From: a virus
Strand: one strand, 5' to 3'
DNA length: 64,000 nt
IMG/VR virus record: IMGVR_UViG_3300024054_000015
Location: 16,046 to 80,045 of that record
Shown here one piece after another: positions 27,252 to 36,292 of this stretch. The notes below the pieces were generated by a model that saw only the letters and a program-made list of their open reading frames with translations, was not told the origin of the DNA and did no database searches. The position numbers and the translations under genes were made by a program. The first letter of the stretch is position 1, and the number at the start of each line of letters is the position of its first letter.

Positions 27252-27917
27252 ATGGTCATATCTACCGCCTGCTGGGGCGGAAGAAAGAAATACCAGCTAG
27301 AGTTTTACAAGAATTATCATACAGAATGGAGTCAATTAGTGGGACCATTTCTTGATAAGTTAAGGAAGACTCTGGACGAGAAGCCAGTAGCTATATGGAC
27401 GCCTAGGCCAGAAGTCTTGCTTCTTCCGCAGATTCCCAAACCCATGCACGGACTTGCTCCTAGGGTAATCCTTGGAGACAAGTGGTGGAATGAGACTAGA
27501 CGTGCTGCCTACAATAAAACTGACAATCATTGTATCGCCTGTGGAGTTCACAAAACCCGAGCTAAGGGTCCAAAATGGATGGAGGCCCACGAGGTCTACC
27601 GTACTAACTATCTACAGGGCAGAATGGTCTTTCTGGAAGCTGTTCCACTGTGTCACTACTGTCACAACTTCATACATAGTGGGCGTCTGCAGGCCCTCTT
27701 GGATAAGCACAGAATCACACAGCAGCGGTTTACCTCTATTATCCAACATGGTGAGCGCGTGCTTGGTCAGGCTGGTTTGGAGAAGGCTCCGCCATACGAA
27801 GGTAAAATCGCGCCGTGGTCAAGCTGGCGTCTCGTGTTGAACCGTAAGATGTATAAGCCACGCTTCAAGTCAGCAGAGGCTTGGGCTAAACACTTCGGGG
27901 TAGAATTGGAGGAGTAA
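27252..27917 (+). CDS. HNH-like nuclease domain protein
   Basis: CIACG...EAHEVY...PLCHYCHNFIH. Confidence 0.65.
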   Translation: MVISTACWGGRKKYQLEFYKNYHTEWSQLVGPFLDKLRKTLDEKPVAIWTPRPEVLLLPQIPKPMHGLAPRVILGDKWWNETRRAAYNKTDNHCIACGVHKTRAKGPKWMEAHEVYRTNYLQGRMVFLEAVPLCHYCHNFIHSGRLQALLDKHRITQQRFTSIIQHGERVLGQAGLEKAPPYEGKIAPWSSWRLVLNRKMYKPRFKSAEAWAKHFGVELEE

Positions 27918-27918
27918 G

Positions 27919-29925
27919 GTGCCGAAAGTAAAGGAGCATATCTATGCCTTGGATACCGAAGCTACAGGGTTAGATCTAAGGCATGGGGCTAGGCCGTTCT
28001 TTGTCAGCATTTGCACACAGGACAACGAGGTACACTATTGGGAAGCTACAGTTGATCCACTAACTAGGAGGCCTTATTGGAAAGAGGAGGACTTGTATGA
28101 AATCCAGGAGATGATAGATGAGGCCGATACCTTGGTCCTGCAAAACCCTCGGTACGACTTTCGTGGGCTGGACCTGTTGGGACTCAGGGCTGGTACTCCA
28201 AGGAATTGGATCAAGGTCCGCGATACGTTAATGGCTGGGCATCTGCTAGTGTCCAATCAGCCACATGATCTAACCACTATGGCTATGATCTATCTGAGGC
28301 TGAACATTCAACCACTTGAGGACAAGCTGGAGGCAGCGGTTAAGGAGGCCGTTAGGATTGCCAAGCGCAAGTACCCTAAGTGGAGGTTGGCTAAGAAAGA
28401 CCTGCCCGAGATGCCTAGTGCCAAGGACAAGGTCTGGAAGTACGACTCCTGGCTACCCAAGGCTATTGCCGCAGCAGAGGGCTACGAGCCTGACCATGAC
28501 TGGTGGACCGTTCTAGCAAACTACGGCAACGGCGACAGTAGTGTGACCCTGCCGTTGTACTTAGCCCAGGAGAAGCTGCTAATCAAGGCTGGGCTTTACA
28601 GTATCTACAAGTTCCGGCTCAAGCTGTTGCCAACCATCTACAAGATGGAAACACATGGCATGACTATGAGTAAGGAGCGGACCACCGAACTACTGGCTAG
28701 GCTCACAGATGAATCCGAGCAGTGTCGCGCTAACTGTATAGAGCTCTCTGATGGAGAGTTGGAGGACTTGCCCGTTAATGGAATGAGCAATGCTCTACGG
28801 CATGTGCTGTTTGAGAAGTTCTCCTTACACTCACCTAAGCAAACAGCCGCAGGAAAGTCCAGTGCTGACAAGTTCGTGCTGGACCACTGGATCGCTACTC
28901 TTCCAGAAAGTTCCAGGGCTTGGAAGTTTGTTAACGACCTGAAGAGGTACCGAAAGCGTAAGACTGCCATAGGGTACATTCACTCCTATGAGAAGTTCTG
29001 GCAGCATACGGTAGTCACGCTGCGTGGTAGTGGTACTGTCATGATAGTGTACCCCTCGTATAATCCGACGGGCACAGATACGCTGCGGTTCAGTAGCCAG
29101 AACCCTAATGCCCAACAGGTCAGCAAGCAGGAGGAGGTCAACACTCGCTACTGCTTTGGTCCAGCCCCAGGTCGTGAGTGGTGGTCCATAGACTTCTCCA
29201 ACCTGGAGTTGCGTATCCCAGCCTACGAGTCGGGCGAAGAGGAGATGATATTCCTGTTCGAGCATCCGAACGATCCACCCTACTATGGCTCCTACCACAT
29301 GATGATCTTCGACACGCTGCACCCTAACCTGTTCCTGGAACATGGTATGGAGTGCAAGAAGGTCTTCGAGTCTACGTGGTATCAGTGGACCAAGAATGGA
29401 AACTTTGCTGTGCAGTATGGGGCTGTGGAGCATAGTGGTACGGCAGATAAAGCCTACCACGTACTAGGAGCCCAGCGTAAGATCATGTCGCGGTTCACTA
29501 GGATCAAGCAACTCAGCAATCGGTGGATCGAGTTCGCCAATAAGTCTGGCTATGTGGAAACAATGCCCGACAAGACAGTGGACCCTATTCGGGGTTATCC
29601 CCTATACTGTACCCGCACCAACTACGGCAAGGTCTTGGAAACAGTGCCTCTAAGCTACCACGTTCAGGGTACTGCCATGTGGATCACCTGTAGGGCGATG
29701 ATTGACTGCCAGAACTACTTGGACATACATAAGAGTAGTGGTGGCAGGATAATCTCACAGATCCATGACGAGATCCTGTTCGACTTCCCGGTAGGTGTAG
29801 GCAAGCACCATGTTGGGAATCTTAGGAAGCTAATGGAGCAGGTAGGTCAGGATATTGGGGTTCCATTGGCAACCACTTGCGGCTATCATCCAGTAACTTG
29901 GGCCAAGTCGGAGAACTATCAGTGA
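27919..29925 (+). CDS. Family A DNA polymerase with 3'-5' exonuclease
   Basis: ALDTEATG (ExoI), TLRFSSQNPNAQQ, IDFSNLELR (motif A), KNGNFAVQYG (motif B), QIHDEI (motif C). Confidence 0.95.
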   Translation: MPKVKEHIYALDTEATGLDLRHGARPFFVSICTQDNEVHYWEATVDPLTRRPYWKEEDLYEIQEMIDEADTLVLQNPRYDFRGLDLLGLRAGTPRNWIKVRDTLMAGHLLVSNQPHDLTTMAMIYLRLNIQPLEDKLEAAVKEAVRIAKRKYPKWRLAKKDLPEMPSAKDKVWKYDSWLPKAIAAAEGYEPDHDWWTVLANYGNGDSSVTLPLYLAQEKLLIKAGLYSIYKFRLKLLPTIYKMETHGMTMSKERTTELLARLTDESEQCRANCIELSDGELEDLPVNGMSNALRHVLFEKFSLHSPKQTAAGKSSADKFVLDHWIATLPESSRAWKFVNDLKRYRKRKTAIGYIHSYEKFWQHTVVTLRGSGTVMIVYPSYNPTGTDTLRFSSQNPNAQQVSKQEEVNTRYCFGPAPGREWWSIDFSNLELRIPAYESGEEEMIFLFEHPNDPPYYGSYHMMIFDTLHPNLFLEHGMECKKVFESTWYQWTKNGNFAVQYGAVEHSGTADKAYHVLGAQRKIMSRFTRIKQLSNRWIEFANKSGYVETMPDKTVDPIRGYPLYCTRTNYGKVLETVPLSYHVQGTAMWITCRAMIDCQNYLDIHKSSGGRIISQIHDEILFDFPVGVGKHHVGNLRKLMEQVGQDIGVPLATTCGYHPVTWAKSENYQ

Positions 29926-30311
29926 AGGCTAAGTGTGTAGCTATCTTAGATACTATGTGGGGAGGATCTGGCAAGGCTCCAGGTATGTTTAGGATAAACC
30001 CTAAGAACCACACAGGCCGGAGGCTGTACTGGTTCCTCGGCCACAAGGATCTATGGGTTACGAATGCCTGCACAGAGTACGTCGCCAATGCCAAGCTGCA
30101 CGGGAGGCCAGACCCTAAGAGGTTGGCAACTAACCTCCAGAGAGTCACCTGTGACCTATTGCTGGTCTGTGGTTCGGTGGCTGCTAAAGCCTTTAGGAAG
30201 TGTGGCTACAAACCGAAGTGTAGGGTCATATACATTCCGCATCCAGCTTGGCGTGGTTGGACAATGGAGCACTTGGAAGAAGTGAGAAGGAGAATACAAG
30301 ATGAAGATTGA
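29922..30311 (+). CDS. Minimal UDG-like fold protein
   Basis: TGRRL, VTNAC, LLLVCGSVA, IPHPAWR; GTG overlaps the pol stop. Confidence 0.55.
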   Translation: MKAKCVAILDTMWGGSGKAPGMFRINPKNHTGRRLYWFLGHKDLWVTNACTEYVANAKLHGRPDPKRLATNLQRVTCDLLLVCGSVAAKAFRKCGYKPKCRVIYIPHPAWRGWTMEHLEEVRRRIQDED

Positions 30312-31179
30312 AGATGTTAGGAAGCTAAGCCCAGAAGGGAGGTTTCTGTATTGGGTTGGGGAAAGATGGAATATCCTTAGCAAGAGAAGGAGTGGCTATG
30401 TAAGGCCCTGGACGAATGACAAGATCTTACAGTCCTACTACTTTACCAATGTGAAGCGTAAGGATGACAAGGTCACCATCTGGGTTACTGAGAACATTAT
30501 TGGACCAATGCAATGGGATCCACTGGTCATCTTTGCAGTCCTAGCCTTTCGGTGGTTCAACCAACCCCAACCTTCTGGAGAGTATCTAGTAAGTCATGAT
30601 CTTCTAAAGCTGTGGAACTGCGAGTTGGCAGTGAAGGGACTTACAGGGTTCAAGAACGCGGGCTTGAAAGTGTTCACTGGAGCCTTTAACATTTCCAATG
30701 GAGGTAGTAGCAAGCCTAAAGTCAACCGCGTCTGCGAGGACTACATCCAGCCAGTATGGGAGTGTCGAGAGAACTTACTGAACCGTATATTAGAGCCCAA
30801 GGAGCGTACCCTCGCAAGAGCCTTTGAGGTAATCTCCGAGTATCCAGGTATGGGTGGCAGTGGCTTCATGGCTGCTCAGGTTGTCTGTGATCTAGCCTAC
30901 ACACACTTTCTAGAGGATGCTAAGGACTTTGAAACATGGTGTTCCTGGGGTCCGGGAAGTAGACGTGGTATGAATAGAGTGTGTGGCTTTGATGAAAACT
31001 TTCCAATGCCAGCAGGGGATTGGAATGTTAGACTTCAACGCTTGCGTGGGGTCATCAGTAGGAAGCTTGGCCTAAACCTCCATGCCCGCGATGTTCAGAA
31101 CTGTCTATGTGAGTTCTCGAAATACGAAAGGGCTTTGTGGAATCAAGGTCACTTAAAGAGGAGGTACAAGGGTGCCTAG
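30301..31179 (+). CDS. aGPT-Pplase1 / 5-hmdU-DNA-kinase helical-domain family protein (thymidine hypermodification)
   Basis: ERWNI..RRSG..PWTNDKILQSYYFTNVKRKDD, GFMAAQVVCDL, GPGSRRGMNR, DVQNCLCEFSKY. Confidence 0.8.
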   Translation: MKIEDVRKLSPEGRFLYWVGERWNILSKRRSGYVRPWTNDKILQSYYFTNVKRKDDKVTIWVTENIIGPMQWDPLVIFAVLAFRWFNQPQPSGEYLVSHDLLKLWNCELAVKGLTGFKNAGLKVFTGAFNISNGGSSKPKVNRVCEDYIQPVWECRENLLNRILEPKERTLARAFEVISEYPGMGGSGFMAAQVVCDLAYTHFLEDAKDFETWCSWGPGSRRGMNRVCGFDENFPMPAGDWNVRLQRLRGVISRKLGLNLHARDVQNCLCEFSKYERALWNQGHLKRRYKGA

Positions 31180-32089
31180 AATACAGGAGCAGTTGATTGT
31201 CTATGTCCCCACTAGGGGAAGAGCTCGCAAGCAGACAACCCTCAAGCAGTTTGACCTCTATAAAAGGCCAGACGTGTTTGTAGTGGTTCCAGAGTGTGAA
31301 CGCAGGTTGTGGACTAGGGATGTGCTGGTAGTTCCAGACGACTACAAGTTTTCTGACATTCGGCAGTTCATCCTTAACTGTCCTGGGAAGTACCATCTGG
31401 TGTTGGATGACGACCTAAGACCCGCGGTCAGAAGGATCGACGATCCAACTAAGTTCACCAACCTAGAGGTTATGGACAGGGCTTCTAGGGCAGACCATAT
31501 TGACCAACTGTTTGATACGATACTGTCGTTACTCCAAGAGGGATGGGTGCATGGAGGCATTGCGGCTCGGCAAGGGGCCAACAACGACACCAATCAGTAT
31601 CAGTTCTGTAGTCGGGTGGTAAGAGCCCACTTCTACAACGCAGAGATTGTGAAGAGTCTAGGACACGACTTTCGGCAGTTCGTTATTAAGCAGGACTATG
31701 ACTTCATCCTGTCCATGCTGTGTAAGGGGATCCCTAACATAGTGATAAACGAATATGTCCAGGATCAGGTTGGCAGTAACACTTCAGGAGGTTGCTCCAG
31801 GTATAGGACAAGCTCGGTGCTAGAGGAAGGAGCTAATCTACTACACCAGAAGTATCCAGACTTCGTAAAGGTGGTGCATAAGCACCCCAAGACTTCCTGG
31901 GGAGGAAAGCCTAGAGTGGATGTAGTGATCCAGTGGAAGAAAGCCTATAAGGAGGGGTTAGAGTATGCCCGTCATTTACAGAGAAAGAATCCGGCCTCCA
32001 TGGACAATAAAGATAGAGCAATCGCGCGGTTGCAACCTCTCATGCAAGTTCTGTCCAATAAACTACTTGAAGGAAATCAACCAAAGTAG
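31172..32089 (+). CDS. GT-A glycosyltransferase of the DNA-modifying (TET-associated/GREB1-like) type
   Basis: YVPTRGRA, LVLDDDL, QDYDFILSML..G, SNTSGGCS, WKKAY. Confidence 0.7.
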   Translation: MPRIQEQLIVYVPTRGRARKQTTLKQFDLYKRPDVFVVVPECERRLWTRDVLVVPDDYKFSDIRQFILNCPGKYHLVLDDDLRPAVRRIDDPTKFTNLEVMDRASRADHIDQLFDTILSLLQEGWVHGGIAARQGANNDTNQYQFCSRVVRAHFYNAEIVKSLGHDFRQFVIKQDYDFILSMLCKGIPNIVINEYVQDQVGSNTSGGCSRYRTSSVLEEGANLLHQKYPDFVKVVHKHPKTSWGGKPRVDVVIQWKKAYKEGLEYARHLQRKNPASMDNKDRAIARLQPLMQVLSNKLLEGNQPK

Positions 32090-32861
32090 GAAGTTCCTAA
32101 GCCCCTCAATGTGTAGGATTATTACTCGGCAGGCAGTGGAGCTAAAGCCCAACCTGAGAGTGGAACTGACCCTTAGAGGGGAGCCTACTCTAAACCCGCA
32201 CATTCTGGAGAACCTCTCCATTATTAGAGAGGAGGCGCCTGAGTTCCAGATAAGTCTGTTCACCAATGGGGTGAAGACCTTTGGTGATCCGTCCCTGATC
32301 GTAGCGTTGCTGGATGCAGGTGTGAACATCCTGTGCATCGATTGCTACAACAATACCTACCAGAGATTTCTCGAAGCTGCCAAGAGAACCAAGGAGCAGG
32401 TCGTGGACTTCAGGGAGTTCTCTGCCTACAAGAGATACAGGAACGGTCATAGGCTACGGGTTATCAACCTAGTACCCGACATCCAGGAGGGATCTGTAGA
32501 CGTCAGGAAGATCCACAATAACGCTGGAAACGTGGACCCCGAGTACCTGTCTAAACTTGAGGGCTACGTTAAGCAAGCCCTACCATTGGCCCGAGGATGC
32601 TCTAGACCATTCACTGAGGTTGTGGTCTACTACAATGGGGATGTTCCAATCTGCTGTAGTGATTGGAAGGCTGAGTATGTCCTAGGTAATGTTATGGACC
32701 AAGACCTATCGGACATCTGGTATGGTAAGAGACACTACGAAGCCTTGGTGAAGCTTCACATGTCTAGGGCAGATAGAAGTCTACCTCCATGTGCCAAGTG
32801 TGACTACCACGGTGGGTATCGTCTTGGACTTCTGCAAGATCCAATAAAAAACCCCCGCTGA
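31965..32861 (+). CDS. Radical SAM enzyme with SPASM/twitch domain
   Basis: GCNLSCKFC, GEPTL, CSRPF..GDVPICCSD..LGNV..PCAKC. Confidence 0.85.
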   Translation: MPVIYRERIRPPWTIKIEQSRGCNLSCKFCPINYLKEINQSRKFLSPSMCRIITRQAVELKPNLRVELTLRGEPTLNPHILENLSIIREEAPEFQISLFTNGVKTFGDPSLIVALLDAGVNILCIDCYNNTYQRFLEAAKRTKEQVVDFREFSAYKRYRNGHRLRVINLVPDIQEGSVDVRKIHNNAGNVDPEYLSKLEGYVKQALPLARGCSRPFTEVVVYYNGDVPICCSDWKAEYVLGNVMDQDLSDIWYGKRHYEALVKLHMSRADRSLPPCAKCDYHGGYRLGLLQDPIKNPR

Positions 32862-32884
32862 ACACCGTTCAACGAGGGTTGTTT
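32846..32884. terminator. Probable bidirectional terminator
   Basis: AAAAACCCCCGCTGAAC/GTTCAACGAGGGTTGTTT between convergent genes. Confidence 0.55.
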
Positions 32885-32905
32885 GTGTTGATCGTAGTTG
32901 CCGTG

Positions 32906-33226
32906 TTAGCTCTTTGATTCCTTCAGGGCTTTTTCCAGGGCTTTTCGACCAACGGGTGTAATCTTGAATCTCTTGCCACGCTTGCCTTCCTCGGCCACCA
33001 GTTCCTGTAGATATCCTTTCTCCACAAGCTCGGGCAGTCGGCGTCCCTTGTCGATCCCGGTCGAGGAACTGATCTCAGCGGCAGTCAACACGCTACCACT
33101 CTTCAGCGAGTCCAACACCTTCATCATGTTGGGAGTAAGATCCTTTGGCTCCCGAGGGGTTTGCTCCTTCTTCTCCTCCTTGGCGACCTTTCCCTTCTTC
33201 ACTGGAAGTTCTGCTGTCTTGGGCAT
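32906..33226 (-). CDS. Winged-helix DNA-binding protein, paralog of 12764-13468
   Basis: LTPNMMKVLDSLKSGSVLTAAEISSSTG...RGKRFKITPVG; AAGGAG RBS. Confidence 0.75.
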   Translation of the reverse strand: MPKTAELPVKKGKVAKEEKKEQTPREPKDLTPNMMKVLDSLKSGSVLTAAEISSSTGIDKGRRLPELVEKGYLQELVAEEGKRGKRFKITPVGRKALEKALKESKS

Positions 33227-33272
33227 CAAATGCTCCTTTAGAAATGTAACCAACAAAACACCACTACCTTGC

Positions 33273-33300
33273 ATTGTAGGGTATAATGAAGTATTGGCAA
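33273..33300 (-). promoter_or_regulatory. Sigma70-like promoter
   Basis: Minus strand TTGCCA-16-TACAAT. Confidence 0.5.
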
Positions 33301-33366
33301 GTCCTAGCTGAAAAATTTGTTCAAATAGTTGCAACTCGTGTTCCCACTCTCACTTAGGAGCAGACA

Positions 33367-34413
33367 ATGCACCTGTCTTACATGAATGTGAACGCCGCTT
33401 TCAACGACTTGGTGTGCAAGTTCCACTACAGTGAAATCCCCATAACTGTAGCCCCTAGTAGGAATGGGGACGTGATCATGGCGACCCAGCCCATGACCAT
33501 CACCTACCTGAACCCCAAGCAAAGAGTCTTGTTTAACGAGGCTCGGGATTGCAACCCATTCTTTCATCTGTTTGAGTCCTTGTGGATACTGGCTGGCAGG
33601 GATGACGTCGCTCCTCTGAAGTATTTTGTGTCTACGATTAATGAGTTCTCTGACACAGGTTTCACGTTCAATGGTGCCTATGGTCAGAGATTGAGGTACT
33701 TCCATAGGATTGATCAGATTAAAGAGGCCATTGCCCAACTGAAGCACAACCCAAACTCTAGAAGGGTAGTGCTACAGATGTGGACTCTCTCAGACATGAT
33801 GAAAGCTGACAACAGACATGGAACCATGTCCAAGGACGTTCCATGCAACACACATGCCTACGTCTCTATCAACCCACTTGGCCTAGAACTAACTGTCTGT
33901 AACCGAAGCAACGACATGATCTGGGGAATGCTGGGAGCCAATGTCGTACACTTCTCTTTCCTTCAGGAATACTTGGCGGCTTGTATAGGAGTTCCGGTCA
34001 ACGTCTACAATCAGTTCACTAACAACCTACACGTTTACCGAAGCAACTGGAAGCCAGATGAATGGTTGAGTGACCGGACCGAGGATCTGTATAGTATGCC
34101 ACGCGTCTTGAGAGCAGTGCCCTTAGTAAAAGACGTAGAGAGGTTCAACTACGAGTGTGCAGAGTTCATAGACCTAAAGGAGGATGGAGTCTATCAGGAA
34201 CCATTTCTTAACGACGTAGCTGTCTGGGCTTGCTTGGGGTACAGACACCATAAGAACCGGGAGTACCCTCGAGCTCTGGAAGCTGTGTCCAGGATAGAGT
34301 CTGATGATTGGAGAGTTGCTTGTCGTAGGTGGTTGGAACGAAGGTCAGTAGCTTGGAGGAAGAAGAATGGAGATGTCGAAAGAGCCGAGAGTTGTGATAA
34401 CGCTGAGGCTTAG
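33367..34413 (+). CDS. Thymidylate synthase superfamily enzyme, probable dUMP hydroxymethylase
   Basis: SRRVVL, KDVPCN, NRSNDMIWGMLGANVVHF (Asn at the dUMP/dCMP specificity position), NNLHVY; context next to the aGPT-Pplase1-like gene. Confidence 0.8.
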   Translation: MHLSYMNVNAAFNDLVCKFHYSEIPITVAPSRNGDVIMATQPMTITYLNPKQRVLFNEARDCNPFFHLFESLWILAGRDDVAPLKYFVSTINEFSDTGFTFNGAYGQRLRYFHRIDQIKEAIAQLKHNPNSRRVVLQMWTLSDMMKADNRHGTMSKDVPCNTHAYVSINPLGLELTVCNRSNDMIWGMLGANVVHFSFLQEYLAACIGVPVNVYNQFTNNLHVYRSNWKPDEWLSDRTEDLYSMPRVLRAVPLVKDVERFNYECAEFIDLKEDGVYQEPFLNDVAVWACLGYRHHKNREYPRALEAVSRIESDDWRVACRRWLERRSVAWRKKNGDVERAESCDNAEA

Positions 34414-34645
34414 TAAGCTCGAGAGGGACAAGTTGATTGACAAGGCTAACAAGATGGGCATTAGCCTGAACGAGTACCTGAGGTTTAGATTAGGATTCCC
34501 CCTAAATGAAAAGAGTACCAAGATCATCAGCGCTCCAAACCCCTATCTCATCAACGAACTTTCCAGATCTATCGCTACCGAACTTGCCAGACAGGAGGCC
34601 AGTCCTAACAAAGCAGGACTTTGCCCGCCGGTATCGTTCGGGTGA
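34367..34645 (+). CDS. Ribbon-helix-helix protein
   Basis: VVITLRLSKLERDKLIDKANKMGISLNEYLR. Confidence 0.6.
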   Translation: MEMSKEPRVVITLRLSKLERDKLIDKANKMGISLNEYLRFRLGFPLNEKSTKIISAPNPYLINELSRSIATELARQEASPNKAGLCPPVSFG

Positions 34646-35129
34646 GTTCGGCAATGCCGCCCCTACGTGGGATTGCAGTATCGAGCTACTCCGTTCTGGC
34701 TATCTAGATCCAGTACATCTACGCTGTAGGGAGTCTAGTGGAGCAACCTTCTACAACCTGGAGCCTTCAGAAGCTCTACGCATGTGGAAGGCAATGCCCT
34801 TCCCAGAGATGTACTACTGCTCGGCAATGGCTCCACATGGTAGGGGAACCATCCAAGGCGAAGTACAGCAAACAGAAAGGGGTTTGTCACTGTTGGCCTT
34901 TAGTGCCGACATAACTATGCGGGATGCTATGGCAAGGCGTGGTGTGGAGCTACATGGCATCCTTGCCGTCCACTTACTGAAGATGAACATGTGTCCTAAG
35001 AGCTATGACTGGCTTCAGTTCCTACTGGAGGCCTATCCACTTCATGTTGTGGAGTTCACTTGCTTTGATTGTAATTGGGGTACGTTACCTGGATTCAACA
35101 CCGTCTTTTGGGAGGTCCGCCTGTATTAG
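34506..35129 (+). CDS. Hypothetical protein in the modification cluster
   Basis: Long ORF; start uncertain because of overlap. Confidence 0.55.
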   Translation: MKRVPRSSALQTPISSTNFPDLSLPNLPDRRPVLTKQDFARRYRSGEFGNAAPTWDCSIELLRSGYLDPVHLRCRESSGATFYNLEPSEALRMWKAMPFPEMYYCSAMAPHGRGTIQGEVQQTERGLSLLAFSADITMRDAMARRGVELHGILAVHLLKMNMCPKSYDWLQFLLEAYPLHVVEFTCFDCNWGTLPGFNTVFWEVRLY

Positions 35130-35138
35130 GAGTTCTAA

Positions 35139-35684
35139 ATGCCGTTTACACAGAAAATTTTAGACAGATTCTGGTCCAAGGTAGATAAGAAAGGTCCTAT
35201 CCATACAGCCTATGGGAAATGTTGGACCTGGAGTAGTGCAATTAACAATAAAGGATACGGTGTGTTTAGCCTACGTAGAGGTAGAAATTCCTACTCTCAC
35301 AGGCTATCTTGGAGGATTCATTATGGTAAGATTCCGGACGGGATGTGTGTACTTCACAAGTGCGACAACCCAAGATGTGTAAATCCAAGCCATTTATTTC
35401 TTGGATCTCACAAGGACAACACGCAGGACATGATTAGAAAGGGAAGGAGAGGATACACTGGAGTATCTGGAGACTCAAATCCTTCCAGGACTCATCCAGA
35501 GTGTTTAGCTAGAGGCTCTAGTCATGGAATGGCAAAGCTATCAGAAGGTCAAGTTTTAGAAATTCTTAAACTTAGAAAGGTTGGGTATACGCAGGCCAGA
35601 TTAGGAAAGATGTTTGGTGTTAGCAGGGAGCAGATTAAGAATATTGTCAACAATAAGCAGTGGAGACATGTCGTATGTCAATGA
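35139..35684 (+). CDS. HNH homing endonuclease with C-terminal HTH
   Basis: RFWSKVDK..CWTW..HRLSW..VLHKCDNPRCVNPSHL. Confidence 0.9.
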   Translation: MPFTQKILDRFWSKVDKKGPIHTAYGKCWTWSSAINNKGYGVFSLRRGRNSYSHRLSWRIHYGKIPDGMCVLHKCDNPRCVNPSHLFLGSHKDNTQDMIRKGRRGYTGVSGDSNPSRTHPECLARGSSHGMAKLSEGQVLEILKLRKVGYTQARLGKMFGVSREQIKNIVNNKQWRHVVCQ

Positions 35685-36292
35685 CTCTAAAAGAGTATCA
35701 ACAGTTAGCTCTACGAACGGAATGTGATCAAAATCGCAGTCTTAACAACATTGTTCATCATCAGCCTCCACTTATTACTGTTAGGGCGCTACACAGTGTG
35801 ATTGGAATGTCTGGAGAAGTAGGTGAATTATCTGGGTCCATAGAGAAATGGATCTACTATGGACAACCCTTGGATGTTTTGAATATCAAAGAGGAGATAG
35901 GAGACCTACTATGGTATGTGAATCAGTTATGCAGCGTGTTACATCTGGACCTAGGACAGATCATGGAGGCCAACATTGCCAAGCTGAGACAACGCTATCC
36001 CCAGAAGTTCGAGGAAGTCTTAGCCAAGGAAGAGAACCGCGACCGTGCTGCTGAGGCGGAGTGTGTAGCCTGTAGCACAGGTGGAAACATGAACTGTTCG
36101 GAGGAAGTCACGGAGAGTGGATCCGACTTCATCAAGCATCAAATGCTGAATAAGCCTAGGACTGCTCTCTGCCCTCATTGTGGTGGGCATCTGAATAGAC
36201 AGGCTTGTAACAGGGCTGCTGAGGGTGGTAGGTCCGTAGCGTGCCCAGACTGCTTGAAATCGTTTTCCGTTAAGGAGATCAGATACGCATGA
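35681..36292 (+). CDS. MazG-like nucleotide pyrophosphohydrolase with C-terminal Zn ribbon
   Basis: EYQQLALRT, GMSGEVGEL, EEIGDLLWY, ANIAKLRQRYP. Confidence 0.85.
   Translation: MTLKEYQQLALRTECDQNRSLNNIVHHQPPLITVRALHSVIGMSGEVGELSGSIEKWIYYGQPLDVLNIKEEIGDLLWYVNQLCSVLHLDLGQIMEANIAKLRQRYPQKFEEVLAKEENRDRAAEAECVACSTGGNMNCSEEVTESGSDFIKHQMLNKPRTALCPHCGGHLNRQACNRAAEGGRSVACPDCLKSFSVKEIRYA

Noticed and set aside
33270-33290. Plus-strand TATAAT as the promoter of the TS-like gene
   Set aside because: No -35 or extended -10 at proper spacing; the minus-strand TTGCCA-16-TACAAT fits better
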